DNA of 62,672 nucleotides, filler included, from Stramenopiles sp. TOSAG23-3 (lineage: Eukaryota), in assembly GCA_900128585.1 (NCBI GenBank). It is 7 parts of 7 records of this genome, joined end to end, with 100 filler letters (N's around TTAATTAATTAA, not from the genome) between each part and the next. Parts side by side here need not be neighbours in the genome. Positions count along the whole stretch, not along the records: positions 28,521 to 42,667 come from LT642587.1; positions 42,768 to 56,902 come from LT642588.1; 5 more parts are not named here. One strand, 5' to 3'. Positions 33,301 through 46,117 of this stretch are shown piece after piece (position 1 is the stretch's first letter; each line of letters opens with the position of its first letter). The notes beneath the pieces were generated by a model. The model was not told the origin of the DNA. It saw nothing but the letters and a program-made list of their open reading frames with translations, and made no database searches. The translations under genes and the position numbers were made by a program.

Positions 33301-36300
33301 CTCTCGGTCTGTTTTTTCCAACGTGCCTCGGTACGGGCCATCATGATGGCCTTTCGCCAGCGTTTTCGCGCTTTGTGTGATTGATCTTGCTTTGAAACTG
33401 TTTTCCGAATATGGTCAGGAACTACTTTCGTGTCCATTCCGGACGAAAACACTTGCCCACCGCCGCTGTGATTGTATTGGTTTTCTGGCATACTTTCTCG
33501 CTTTAGGTACGGTTGATATTTTACATGCAAGACGAAAAAGAAAAAACAATATTAGCAATGCGCTGGCAGCCTGGAATGCCGGTGCATCAGATGGCAAAAA
33601 AACTGTCATGATTAAAAGAAGCTTTCTGGCGATTAAAACGAGGCGCCAAAAGTAGAGCTCTGGCCTAAAGTCTTCATACAATTTTCCGTAGTGCTTCCGA
33701 ACGAGGACTGTGTTATATGTCTCCTGGTTTCGGGTATAATGACGCCCTGTTCCATGATTTTTTCTCGCTTTGAACCCACGCATTTGGGATTGAATTCGAA
33801 TTGCTGCAAGATCTTTTCTCCAAGACTGCCCCTCAGAGTCACCAGTGCTCCGTCTGTATTGGTCCTTTTGTATGGAATGTTTGTAGGTGCGAAAAATGTA
33901 TATTAAATAAATTGGCAGTGCCAACGTATAAAATGTGCCAAACCCTATCGATATTGGGCCCAATCGGGTCCAGTAAGTCGCGTCTTTAGAGCCATAGCAT
34001 TGTTCCGTCGGACTAGTATCCATAGTATAAATGGTAGTAGAGTTGCCTATGTTGTAAGGCGAGCAATCCCATGGTTCCCAAGCTTTCCATGCGATAGGAA
34101 AAAGTAAGTAATAGCATAATAAGAAATATGCCCCCCCAAGCATGGTCCGTAATTCCTCGCCTCCATAAAGGGACTATCGAACTGTGTTTGTCAATCTCTT
34201 TGATTTTTGACAATTCTGATTGATCGGGGCTAACCTTGGAGGAATGACCAGGCTGATCCTTCAAACGAATTGTTCGCAACACCTTTCTGCGTTTACGTTG
34301 TTTTCCATGCACGCTTGCTTGGCAGCAGTGTAAAATGTGTGAGAACACCCAAAGTGCCAACAAGAACGTCAAAGGGAAAGTTTCCAAAGCCCAGTACCCT
34401 GTTTCATAAGTCCACGATTCATACAGACACTCTGGTTCTGCATTTTCAATGTTAAATAGTATGTATCGACTTGCGGACATAATCATCGTGGACAAACGTG
34501 GCCAGTCCAAATAAAATGCGGAACATAGTGCCATAATTTGTGTAAAATCAATTACAATATTAAATGTGACGAGCTTTATTTCAACCTCTGTTAGTGTCCA
34601 GACTGTGAAGACCAGTGCAAAAAGTAGAGCGCAGAATAATCCTAGCTTCGTTCGTGCGGCCGGTGTACATTGATTACACGTCAGGTCTACACGGTAATGG
34701 TTTGTGTCACACTGCGAACAGAATTTAACCCCATCCCTGTATCCCGGCGCGCACGTATTATTTCCCAGGCATGCACTTTTTGGGAGGCAAGATACAAAAT
34801 TGGTTCTATCGATTTTCCAGTACCCTGCTAAAGCAGAAGGCTCCTTCGTGCCACCAGGACACATCGCCCCGACTGGACACTTCGTACATTGCTCTCCAGG
34901 CTTACCAAAGCTGCTAAAAGGGCACGCAAAAGCCATCATATTGTCTTCAACTGTTGTTCTTGCTTCTTGTTTGGAAACCCGAATATACACTGGTGCTGGG
35001 CCAACAATGGCATCTATTGATTCCAATGTACACGTGAATAGCGGATTTTCGCCTTGGGGAACATTGCTACGAGTGGGCGCTTCGCACGCAAAATTTCCAA
35101 TACGTATTTCAATGTCATTTTTTCTCAATCCCAAAATTGTTGCCTTCAATTGTAACCAGTCCACCGTTTAGCGCATCTATGGGGTTGGGCGACACAACTC
35201 TCACAACAGGCAAATCATAGTTCCAAGTTATGTTGTTACTACGTTGACCCGCCACGACCATGTACATACTAAGACCAATGCCTTCTCCACTCGGGACAAT
35301 GCACCTTACAATTGAATGCGTATGTGATACAACAGCGCACGGCCGCCCACCTATGTACACCATAGCGTTTAAGCCAAAGTTAGACCCGTTGATGACAACA
35401 CTGTAGTTTCCCCTCGTCAACCCGTGGTTCGGAGTTACACTATTTAGAATAGGTTTTTCATAAGAAAATGTAATGTCCGATCCGTTCGATTTCTGGCCAC
35501 CCGCGTTAACAGTAACAGGGAGCATTTTTCCTTCCCCACCAGTGGTCAAACATATAAGTTCATCATGGGTAGAAGATTTTATCACACAGTTGTACTCACC
35601 AAATTGAACCGTCTGCTTGTCTCCAAAATTGGTCCCAGTAATTTCGACCAGAGTGTTGCCATGTGATGGCCCGCTACTCACGCTTAAGCGGGTAACTTGG
35701 GGAGGGTCGTAATCAAAGGTTTTCGAATTGCTGAGTACATCTCCTTCAACCACAATAGATATATTATTGTTCTTTCCTTGCCCGGGCGGCAGTAAAAATT
35801 CAATAACATTGTCTGAATATGAGACTGTTTCTATTTTACTACTGTTTGGGGCGTCACATTGTCCCAGAATTTTACGAGTTTCGAGTATGCATTCGTTTGA
35901 AAACGAAGGGATGTTATAAGCGTCCATGCAAGCACGGCATATATTATATTCGGATTCTAGTGCACAAAGGGACCTAACTGCTTCCAAACAAGCAGCGCCA
36001 AACTGCCTTGCTAAACAACTAGGAGAGTTGCAGATTAATGTCACGCTTGTGGGACTAATGCCACTGGTTGATGAATCTTTGACAGACCCAGAGTTAGGAG
36101 CAAACATCTCGTTGTTCCATAGAACGTTCCCCGTGTCTCCAAAGTTTTCGCCGCGAAGAGTGACGAGGAATCCTCCGTATGTAGACGTACCCGCGGTTTC
36201 CATATACTCTATTATGGGCTCTATGAACGTAAAATTTAGCACATTAGACCGCTTTGCGCCTGCAACCGCTTGTACAGGCACTATGCCGCTCGCCCTTGGC

Positions 36301-39300
36301 ACTGTGCAAGTGATTTCCGTAGAAAATGCCAAAGAAATATTCGCGGGTGGCCGCTCGCATAGTCGGTTTCCAAAATATATTTCGGTTGGTACATCGTTAC
36401 TTGGTCCCAAATTTACGCCATACACTGTAATTGGGTAGCCGCCATGTGCAAAACCGCGATCAATTGACATAGATGCAATTATAGGGTTATATTCTGGCAG
36501 AATGTCTTCAACATTAAAGTCGTCTATCTCGATCGTTTGCCCTCCCACAGATACGGTTAGTGTGCCTTCGCTTTTTTTTGGCAATTGCTGTAATTCTGTT
36601 GTGTGTCCATGATAAAATATCGCAAGGTATTCCGCCTATGCTCACAAAGCCTGTGTTGTTTGACGAGCCAAAACTTCTGCCAAGGATTTCTAATTCTCCA
36701 ATTATATTTGATAAAGGCAAGACTTGCTCCACGAAAGGTGCGTTGTGGGAAAAATATACCTTGTTTGAGGTTTGGCCTTCGATCTCAACCGATATTGGCT
36801 TCAAAACGCCTACCGAAGAGGGTGGCACTTGAAATGATAGTTCAAAATGGGAACCGTAAGAGACGAAATCAACTTGTATCCCGTCAAAGAGCACAACAGC
36901 AGATTTCCCCGGCCCGAATTGGGACCCAAACATATTTATAATTACGTTATCGCCAGTATCAGCGCGTGTTTTGTCTATCGATGTTATAGTGGGCGGCAAG
37001 TATGACAAATACACTGCGTTTGTAAGGAAACTAGACTGTCCACCTATTTGAACAATAACGTGCAAGTTTGCCCCACCACCTTCAACACTGGTGCATTTGA
37101 TAGTTCCTGGGGTTCCAATCACATTATCTGGTTTTGGATCAGGGCACAATGCTAATAACTGGTTCTCGTTTAGCGAAAGAAGCGTTTCCAAGGGGTGTGA
37201 CGATGTTCCCGCTTCATATATACCAAAAGCAATGGTTTGTATTAAAGTATTGTTAGTGAGGGAGAGCCCATTCATCTCAGATGGATACAACCACTTGTTT
37301 CGTAAAATACAAGAGTGAAATGTCAGTTCAGTTTTATTTGCTTCCATCGATGTAACCATACAATTTTCGGCAACATATTCGGTACCCTCACGACCATAGG
37401 TGACAGAATTGGGTGGCAAAAATCGAGTTACCCCAAAGTTTGTCCCCTTTAAATGAAAATGGTCACCTCCTTCTGTGTGCATGTGCGTGACATTGGAATT
37501 TGACGATACGCCACTATCTTGAAGTAGGGCACGGCGCCGGACTGGTGTTGCGTCGTTACTGTTGAATTCAACCATTGATGCAACACCAATTTCTGGGCGC
37601 AAAAATGATGAGGAAGGGTTTGTGGAGGATAATCCGTCTACGACCACCGTCCATTTCAAGTTGCGCCCACTCCCCTCCACGGTGAAACAGGTGATTTCAG
37701 TATGGCTGCGTGTCCGTATACAATCAGATGCGGTGTGTAAAATATGTTCGAACTCATCCAAATAAGTAGCGTTAATAATTGAGGTTGACCCGATGGATCC
37801 AAAATTCTTACCGCGCAAGTGAACTTGTTCACCGCCTGCGCTCAAGGCTTTTTTTGCCCCGGCTCCTACGACATCATTTAGCACGGGGGCACTGTACCCG
37901 TATGGCGACTTGTAAAGTTCAGATGAAAGTCCGTTTGTTGAAACGCGATATAAATGGTTTGCTCCTGTTCCCTCCGCGCTTTCGCAACGGACAACTAAGT
38001 GTGGTGTGAAGACTGTGCAATCTACGGCTTCATATTCTGTTCCTGTCTGCCCATATGAGAGCTGCATCGAGTCACCGAACAAATTGAACCCATGAACAAA
38101 AATAGCTTCTCCACCTCTGGTGTTTGCATTTATGGTCCCTGGTCCACGTAAAAATAATATTGTCGGGGTTTGGTATGACGTTAATGCATCTGATAGTGGA
38201 CTGCTAATATTCGCAACAGTTATTTTCCATGCATGATCTTTCCCATATCCCTCCGTACTTACACAAACAATGCTGGTACCGGGCACATATATTTTGCACG
38301 CCCTTGCAGCAAATTCGACCCCCTGCGGACCGTACGTAACAATAATATCGACGTCCCCTTCTAAACTTGGGTAGTTCGAGCCATTTATGTAAATCCTTTC
38401 ACCACCAGACGTCCTTAAACTTTTTGAAGATATTCCCAAGTTACCGCTTATTGTTGAAATAGAAGGTTGTCCGTACGATATCATTGATTCGCTGAATTCA
38501 CTCACTTGACCGCCAATATGAATCGCCACTTTATTATCTTTACCCGTCCCAGGAGCAGATGTGCATTTTATTTTTGTAAACTCTTCAATTACGACGCAAT
38601 CCTGGGCTTCATACTTTGTACCAAAAGACGCCGAAGGGCCATACATTAGCTGCACACTTGTTCCAATGGGGCCAAAATTTTCCCCCGAAACGTGCAGGCT
38701 ATTGCCTCCTAGCGTATTCATGCCCAGTGGTATATTGCCATTCTCGTCGCGGATTACCACATCGGCAATTACCGGAGTAGCATACGATGTTGTTTGCGTA
38801 GCAACAGTACTGCCTGTAATTTTGTATTGTTCCACATCACGCAAGCAGTCTGCGGGATCCATGACAATACGAATACCAGGATAGTCTTGGAGTATTGTCA
38901 TAAGCCACCCAAAGAGCCCACGATTATCCATTGCTTTTATAACGACTGTATTGACACCTGCCTCTAAATTATACTTCAACTTGAATTGATCAACATTAAC
39001 AGTTTGGCAAGACAATTGTGTCATTACAGATTTGCTATTAATCCACATCTCAAAGCTGTCGTCAACTCCAAGCCCAATATCGATCGATTGATCTCTGTCT
39101 GAGCATACATGAGTCGCAACATAAGCGTAGTAAAAATTTCGTTTTTTGTCGTAATTTTTTAGTTGGTAATGACAATCCAAATCTGCAAGGTCGCTATTTT
39201 TCCCACATTTAGATCTCCACATATTTGCTGCCGGTAGGCCTCTTCTTTTAACCTCCTTCATCATATTTCCTTCAAACGGCTCCCAGACTGCATTGTCCAA

Positions 39301-42300
39301 CAACGCCGGCAGATTCTCAGGAGCATTAGCGTCAAATGAATGTTTGTCGTCAAGCAATGTTATATTACATTTCTTTGCCACAGAAGCCTGGGTTTTCCAG
39401 GGCATTGAAGAGACGTACCATGCAGTTAGCACACGTGTCTCAGCCCTCGAGTCTGGGTACAGCCTTAACAAGCAATTGAATTCTGATCCTGCACAGATAG
39501 ACTTATGTTTTCTGGCTTTCGATGTTGAAGACACTGGAAAAGATGAACTCACCGAGAAGGCCCACTTGTGATCGCCGCCTACCCCATCCCGGGTTTTGCA
39601 ACGTGCTTCGTAGTAGGGAGTCAATATTTCGCATGCTTGAGCTTCATACTCCACACCCAGCGGCCCATATGTCGCTGTGATTGTATCATTGCCATCCATA
39701 CTGCCTATGTTACTCCCATAAATATAAATGTACTCTTCGCCAGAGGTAGATAGTTGATTTGGCTCGCTGCCGATGGAATTCCCATTGTCCCTGTTCAGAC
39801 TAATTTTTTCAATAATTAAGTCATTCTCGTTCAAAACTATAATCTCGTATGTTCTACTGGTGCTTAGAGGGGGAGACCCAGAATCGCGAACAGCAATGCT
39901 TATATTTTTTGATGGATTCTCCTCATAATCAAGTGTATTCGCGGCGATGCTAATTACCCCTGTTGTTTCGTCAATTTGAAACTCGTTATTTTCAGTATTT
40001 TGGGCCACTGAAAATTGAAAATACTCAGTTCCATCAGGGTCAGTGGCGCTGACCGTTCCTACCACCGTCCCTATGGGAGAGTTTTCGTATACAAAAAACT
40101 TTCCTGGCAACAATATTGGTTCTTCGTTTTTATCCAATACATCTATAACGACCGTTTCGGTGGAGTCTAGCCCATCGTCATCTGTTACTGTAATTTTAAT
40201 GCTGTATTCCCTCGTAGCTTCGTAATTCAGTGGTGCCAGCGGCTTTGATGGTTGGTATTCAACAATTTCAAAGTCCGCAACACGAGCAGTAACACCACCT
40301 GGACATGAGTCCATGATAAAAATCACTAGCTCACTTGAACTGGAAACGCTGGCCGTCCATTCATACTCGATAGTTTTCCACTTGTCTGCCTCCATTTGGG
40401 TATAAAACGCCTGATATTGGTACACTGGTTTGTGCTTTTTCAGTCCAAAATTGTTCATTTTGCAATTTGGGACTTGTTCCACAAATTTCAAGGCAAGCGA
40501 TGCTTTATAACGTACGCCTGCGGTTACAGAAACGGGGTATCCTAACCAATTGTGTGGTTTGTGCCCTGATATAATCGTCATTTCAATGCTTTTTGGATTT
40601 CGTGCGTTGGGGGGGACATCATCACTCCATGCGTATGTTGAGTACCGCGAAAAGAATACAGAGCTGAGCACCTTATCAGTATTGAATCCACCTACAAGCA
40701 AGGTTTTGCCACTGCGATCTTCATCTTGAGCGTTTTGCATTTCATTAGCAAGTACAACCTGCTGCTCCTCGAATATTATCCGTGGGTCATACGTAATGTT
40801 CCCAGATATTGCGTCGATAATAAAAGGGGAATCGTCAGAATCCTGTAAAGCCCAAACGAAAGATGAGGACTGGTCAGGGTCTTGCACGGCCAGTGATTCG
40901 GCAAGCATATATCCGGGGGTAGCATCTTCATTTATTTCAAACGACTGCCCCTTCTCCAGCACCGGGGGTTCGTTAACATCCTCAACATTAATTGTTACTA
41001 GTGCAGTATCGTACATTGGAAACGACGGGTGTTTATCCGCAACAGACAAAGTAAGAATATAGAGAGAAATGATTTCGAAATTAATTGTCACATTCTTGTC
41101 CCGCAAATCAACTGAGAGCTTTCCAGTGATATTATTAACGGCGAAAGTAGTCTTTCCTTCATAGGGTGATGCTGCGTTAATGACGAATGTTATTTTGTCT
41201 CCATTGGCATCTGAAGCCGATATGGCACCAATGTCCGTCCCTTTTTGAGAATTTTCCGGTACAGAAAATGTCTGGTCAAGGATGACCGGTGGGTCATTAA
41301 CATTGACAACGGTAACAGACAAATTAGCGTTAGCAGAAAGACCACGTGCATCGGTTATTTGAATAGTTAGCATGAAATGCTTATCTGCGTACGTCGTGGA
41401 CAGCAAGGCTTGCCTGGAAACGATGAGTTGGCCTGTTTCGCGAATAAAATTAAAGGGTGGCGCCCAACTAACATTTTTAATGTCTTGGGCGTGGTTGGAA
41501 ACACTTTGCCACGCAACTACAGCGTAGCTGTGGCTATCAGAATCGTCGGGATCGCCAGCAGAAACTGGATGACCCACATACGCGCCATCGTTCACGGACT
41601 CTTTCGACCAAAATGTTATGTTTGCTTGGGGCAATGGGGGTTCATTTACATCCTCAACAACAACGTATACAACGGAAACATCGGAAAGGTTACCTTTATC
41701 GTATACGGCAATCGACACGTTGTACCTGTTTGGTAACAATTCGTAGTTTAACTTAGTGGCCCCATGGGCAGAAACTAAAAGTTCGCTGCCTCCATGCCTG
41801 CTGTTCGATGTGTTGATTGGGTTGAGATAAAACGGCCAATCGGACTTCTCTATAGCATCAATGCTGACAATCTGAAATTCATGATAGTCATTTTTATCAC
41901 TGTCTTCTGCCACCAATGTCCCAACAAGTGAGCCCTCGACGGCGTTCTCTCGGATCGCAAATTCAACGCTTTCGAGAGCTGGTGGCTCATTGATATCAAA
42001 AACCATTACACTAACAGGCAGTACAATCTGGTTTGACGCAGCGTCTTTTACTACCACCTTTAGTTCGTACCTGGATATCTTGTTAAACACCAATAAATCT
42101 TTAAAAGCGCCTATTCCCCCAGTCTGTGGGTGAATAAAGAAATGGCCGGCGCTGTTACCATTCGAGATCGAAAATGTGAATGTTTCATCTATATCTTCAT
42201 CTATAATCAATGCATTTACATTGCCAAGGTGCACAGTTGGTTTGCTTGAAATTTTTGCAATTTCTCCAGATGGCAAGCACCTACTAAATATCATTGCACT

Positions 42301-42667
42301 GTCAATGTGCCCGTCAAAAAACATCGTTCCCGATCCGCCAGCGCGTGGGTAGCCCTCCCTAGATCCTATTTGGAATTTATTTGGTGATGTATTTAACGAC
42401 CCAGGGCACTCAATTGATGCAACCAGTTTACCGTTTAAGTACTGACGTTGGTGCTGCCCATCAAAAGAAATTGAAACATGACTCCACTGGTTCAGAGGCA
42501 CATAAGCATCCCCTTGCCAAGTCCAACATCCCCGACCTTTTTCATCGCTAGCAAAACTAGGTTTGTTAGTTTCCCCAATCATGCCTACCAGTTTGCCTGT
42601 ATTTTTCTGTATACCCATGAACCACGATCTTTCTTTTCCCATAACAATCCCATAATCATTCGAATAT
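30398..42667 (-). CDS. Giant surface protein: LamG, cadherin repeats, IPT/TIG repeats, Cys-rich region, nine TM helices, coiled-coil tail (nonagonal-cadherin-like); five frameshifts; 5' truncated
   Basis: Six overlapping ORFs join into one frame if one base is removed at each of five homopolymers. Cadherin linkers DINEPP, DVNEPP, NVNDPP, DKNEEP; repeated G.NFG TIG motifs; YGKLYEDFRPELYFW TM motif. Confidence 0.85.
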
Positions 42668-42767
42668 NNNNNNNNNNNNNNNNNNNNNNNNNNNNNNNNN
42701 NNNNNNNNNNNTTAATTAATTAANNNNNNNNNNNNNNNNNNNNNNNNNNNNNNNNNNNNNNNNNNNN

Positions 42768-43209
42768 CGGTATGATCCTGGTTCGTGGAGGCAGGGGTTG
42801 GAGATCCGTCCACCCTATAACAGGAAGGACATGTTTTCCCGGGCCAACTGACTTACCAGTATGTATTTGCGGAAAAGGCGAAATCTGCACCCAGGAAAGT
42901 TATATTGGTTGCGCAACAGGAAAATGCGAGTCGGTCCAACAAAGGCGACTGAGGCACGGTGACACCAGACACTCAACTGGTGTGATTTTCCGTGAAAATG
43001 GTGATGTCGTGCATCCACGCACAGGTGTGATATTTCATGGAGATGGTACTGTCACACATACACGCACTGGTGTGGTATTCCATGGAAATGGTGGTGGTGT
43101 CACACATACACGCTCTGGTGTGCACTTTTCTGCAGATGAAGCCGCAGACGAAGAAGACACAGACGACCTTGGGAACCGTTGGGACTTTTTCGATGACGAT
43201 AACGAGTAG
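42768..43209 (+). CDS. 3' part of a hypothetical protein with a Cys cluster and HxRTGVxF repeats
   Basis: Frame open to the contig edge; four ~14-aa repeats and an acidic tail. Confidence 0.6.
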
Positions 43210-43354
43210 GGCGCAAAGATGACTTGGCACAACGCATGGGCCTCAAAGTGCACGAAAAAAAACGTGCCCGCATGGGTATTACTGCTGCAAGGGGGCATGT
43301 CAAAAGGCACACCCATACACGCAGTGGAGCGCTCAATCTAACCATTGGACTAGG

Positions 43355-43415
43355 GTATGAGGAAGCTAAATTTAATTATGATACTTAAATAACAGCCAAA
43401 ATTTTCTTGTTTTTT
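43355..43415 (-). repeat. Dispersed 3'-associated element copy
   Basis: ATGAGGAAGCTAAATTTAATTA...AAATAACAGCCAAAATTTTCTTG, closely matching 54636-54687. Confidence 0.8.
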
Positions 43416-43540
43416 TGTATTATTTCACCTGCCACGCCGTTGCCGGTGCGGTGGTACTGGTAGAAGCCCTTTTATAAACAAAGATTAATTATAAACTTTT
43501 TTTACTATGCCTGGGTAGTCGTCATATATCAAGGATTTCG

Positions 43541-45571
43541 TTACATGGCCCAGCTGTTTCGATTCCGCGGTTCTGACAATTCCACTGTCACGTCACCACT
43601 TTTCACACTATCGTCGTAACTGGTGTCCCAACTGTCTACTGTGACAACGCCAATGATACAACCAATAACCATGAGCATCAATTGCCAAAAGGCCCAGGAA
43701 GGCAGACCAGCTATGATTTCATTCGGTTTACCGTTATAATCTAGCACAGCGTATCCGGGTACATCTTTGATGTCTGGGTCGATGATTCCAATGCGAGGAA
43801 ACACCTGTGCTATGAGAAGGAAGCCCATTGCAGCTACTGCCCAGCCCCCCTTGTAGAATATCGGTTCGAACTTTTTCTGCATATAGTCAACAATCCTGGC
43901 ATGAGTTAGGCGTGGTCCATATTCGGTCGTTGTTATCAGCTCATCCTGATCATTTGCACCTGAAAATTGTAAATGCACGATTGTACAATACGCCAAGTTC
44001 ATCATTGCACCCACAAGCGCATTGAAGCCTGCGCTGAGTTTAACGGCGTCTTCATGGACGGCGTTCCAAATGGGGTAGATATCATCACTGTTACCGGCAA
44101 TGACAACGTTGTAGACCGCCAGGATTAAAAATACGCTCAGCCCTACAACGCACCCACCGAAGACGACCCGCTCTTTAATGTCTGTGTACATGCCGAAATA
44201 GAATGCGGGCAAAATCTGCCATGCTATCCCACCTTGCAAGGTTAACAAAACGTTGTAGCTGACTCCGTCCACCGGGTCTTTCGTAGCCTCCATAAATAGA
44301 GCTAAAGCTAGTGACAGGGCAACAGTTACCACGCTGACGACCCTGCCATAATTAACAATCTGTTCAGACGAGGCGTTCGGCTTGAGCCAGTTCTTGAAAA
44401 TATCGACGGTGAAAGTATTCGAAGTTCCCAGGAGAGAGCTGTCGGCAGTCGACATGATACCCGCAATGGCCGCAAGAATCAAAATGTACATTAACAGCGA
44501 TTGGCCAATGTCTCCATTTACGCGCCCCTCGTACAACCACTGGTTCAAGAACATAAAGAAGCCCTTGTTGTTTTGGTATTCTTCTTGGTAGCCTACCTTG
44601 TTGGCAAGGACAGTTAGGCCAAGCAGCACGCCACCAGTTTGCGCCAGGTAGTTGTTGAGGAAAATTGTTTTAGTCACCGACTTGATGTCACCGACAGTAC
44701 GCCCCGAAAAAAGGCGCTGGATCATGAACGGATTTAGGGAATAGCTTAGCATCGATATCGAGAAAATCAGCATGTTTATGTTGTTGAGATGAGAGGGCGT
44801 CCTCGTGAAGAAACTCTTCACGGTCTCGCGCTCAACGTAATTGATACAACCGTACGTCAAATTTCCAAGCTTTTTGGAGTTGACGCATTTCTGATCTTGG
44901 TAGGCAACTTGGCCCGCGAAAGCACCGTGCTTTACAGCGATAGCACATGGAATAATTATGAACACAGCAATCATTACCGCCCCTTCCACTGCATCAGTAT
45001 AGGCGACAGATCGCATACCACCGAAGTATTCATAAACCAAGCACATTACGGCACTTACCGGGGCAACCACCCAGAAGGAAATTGCTCCGGCAGTAAGTTG
45101 GCTGATAAGGTTGCCCAAAGCGTGAAACTGCACGGCGATGTACATCAATTGTGGAACGCACATTGAGAACACTGCCATGAGTTTTAGCCTGTTTGAGTTG
45201 AATCGATCCATGATAAAGTCTCCGGGACTCATGTACTTTCGTACGGTGGACAAACGCCTGAGTCTGGGATACAGGGCAATCATACTTATTCCAAGCGCAA
45301 GGCTCATGCTGAACCACCTGATTCCGTTGTAACCTTGTTTGTAGGAGTCGTTGGGTACCCCAACAACAGTGTAGCCACTGAAACAGCTGGCGAACGTGGT
45401 AAGGTACAAAACGACAGCACCGAAATTTTTCCCGGCCAGGAAGTGCGTCGTCACCTCATCCCCAGTAGTGCCCGCTTCTTCACGGTTGTTTTTGTTAGCA
45501 CAGAACGTGACCACGCTCGTAGCTACAACGTAGAAGGCTAGCACGACATAAATTCCAGTATTGTCCGACAT
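43541..45571 (-). CDS. Sodium:solute symporter family transporter
   Basis: HFLAGKNFG, ASCFSGYTVVG, GGMRSVAYTD, AGIMSTADS motifs; many TM helices. Confidence 0.93.
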   Translation of the reverse strand: MSDNTGIYVVLAFYVVATSVVTFCANKNNREEAGTTGDEVTTHFLAGKNFGAVVLYLTTFASCFSGYTVVGVPNDSYKQGYNGIRWFSMSLALGISMIALYPRLRRLSTVRKYMSPGDFIMDRFNSNRLKLMAVFSMCVPQLMYIAVQFHALGNLISQLTAGAISFWVVAPVSAVMCLVYEYFGGMRSVAYTDAVEGAVMIAVFIIIPCAIAVKHGAFAGQVAYQDQKCVNSKKLGNLTYGCINYVERETVKSFFTRTPSHLNNINMLIFSISMLSYSLNPFMIQRLFSGRTVGDIKSVTKTIFLNNYLAQTGGVLLGLTVLANKVGYQEEYQNNKGFFMFLNQWLYEGRVNGDIGQSLLMYILILAAIAGIMSTADSSLLGTSNTFTVDIFKNWLKPNASSEQIVNYGRVVSVVTVALSLALALFMEATKDPVDGVSYNVLLTLQGGIAWQILPAFYFGMYTDIKERVVFGGCVVGLSVFLILAVYNVVIAGNSDDIYPIWNAVHEDAVKLSAGFNALVGAMMNLAYCTIVHLQFSGANDQDELITTTEYGPRLTHARIVDYMQKKFEPIFYKGGWAVAAMGFLLIAQVFPRIGIIDPDIKDVPGYAVLDYNGKPNEIIAGLPSWAFWQLMLMVIGCIIGVVTVDSWDTSYDDSVKSGDVTVELSEPRNRNSWAM

Positions 45572-46069
45572 GGTGTTGTTTTATTTACTCCTTTAAAGTG
45601 TTCCTTTCCCGTTAACTGTGTGATATAATTTGTGTAATTTTTTCTTCGGATACCAAAAGTCTATATCTCACGAAGAATGAAAGGAAAAGCTTTAAACTTT
45701 GGCGGTGGTCTCGCCGTGAAGAAGAAGTTCGAAGAAGTTTTATTTTTTAATTTAATAAAAGAAAAGTTTCATAAATTAGTACGTAATAATACCAAGGTAG
45801 CTAGCTGAATAATAGTACTACGGTACGAAATAGTGATAAAATGGCTGGCTACTCCTCGTATTCTAGTCTCTAATCTCTAATAATAATGCAAATAGAATAG
45901 AATAGAATAGAATAGTCGTCTTTTTGTTGAGGAATTTTGTTCTTCTCCGAACTTATTTATTTTATAGATATTTGATGTTAGACGACTATTTATTTAAATA
46001 CAGTATTAATTAAATATCAAAACAACAGCAAATGTTTTTTTAAAATTATTATATCCTCGTATTATTACA

Positions 46070-46117
46070 GTATTATAATAGAAGAGTAAAAGTATTATTA
46101 CTCTTCTATTATAATAC
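46070..46117. other. Perfect 20-bp inverted repeat with 8-nt loop
   Basis: GTATTATAATAGAAGAGTAA-aagtatta-TTACTCTTCTATTATAATAC. Confidence 0.9.
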
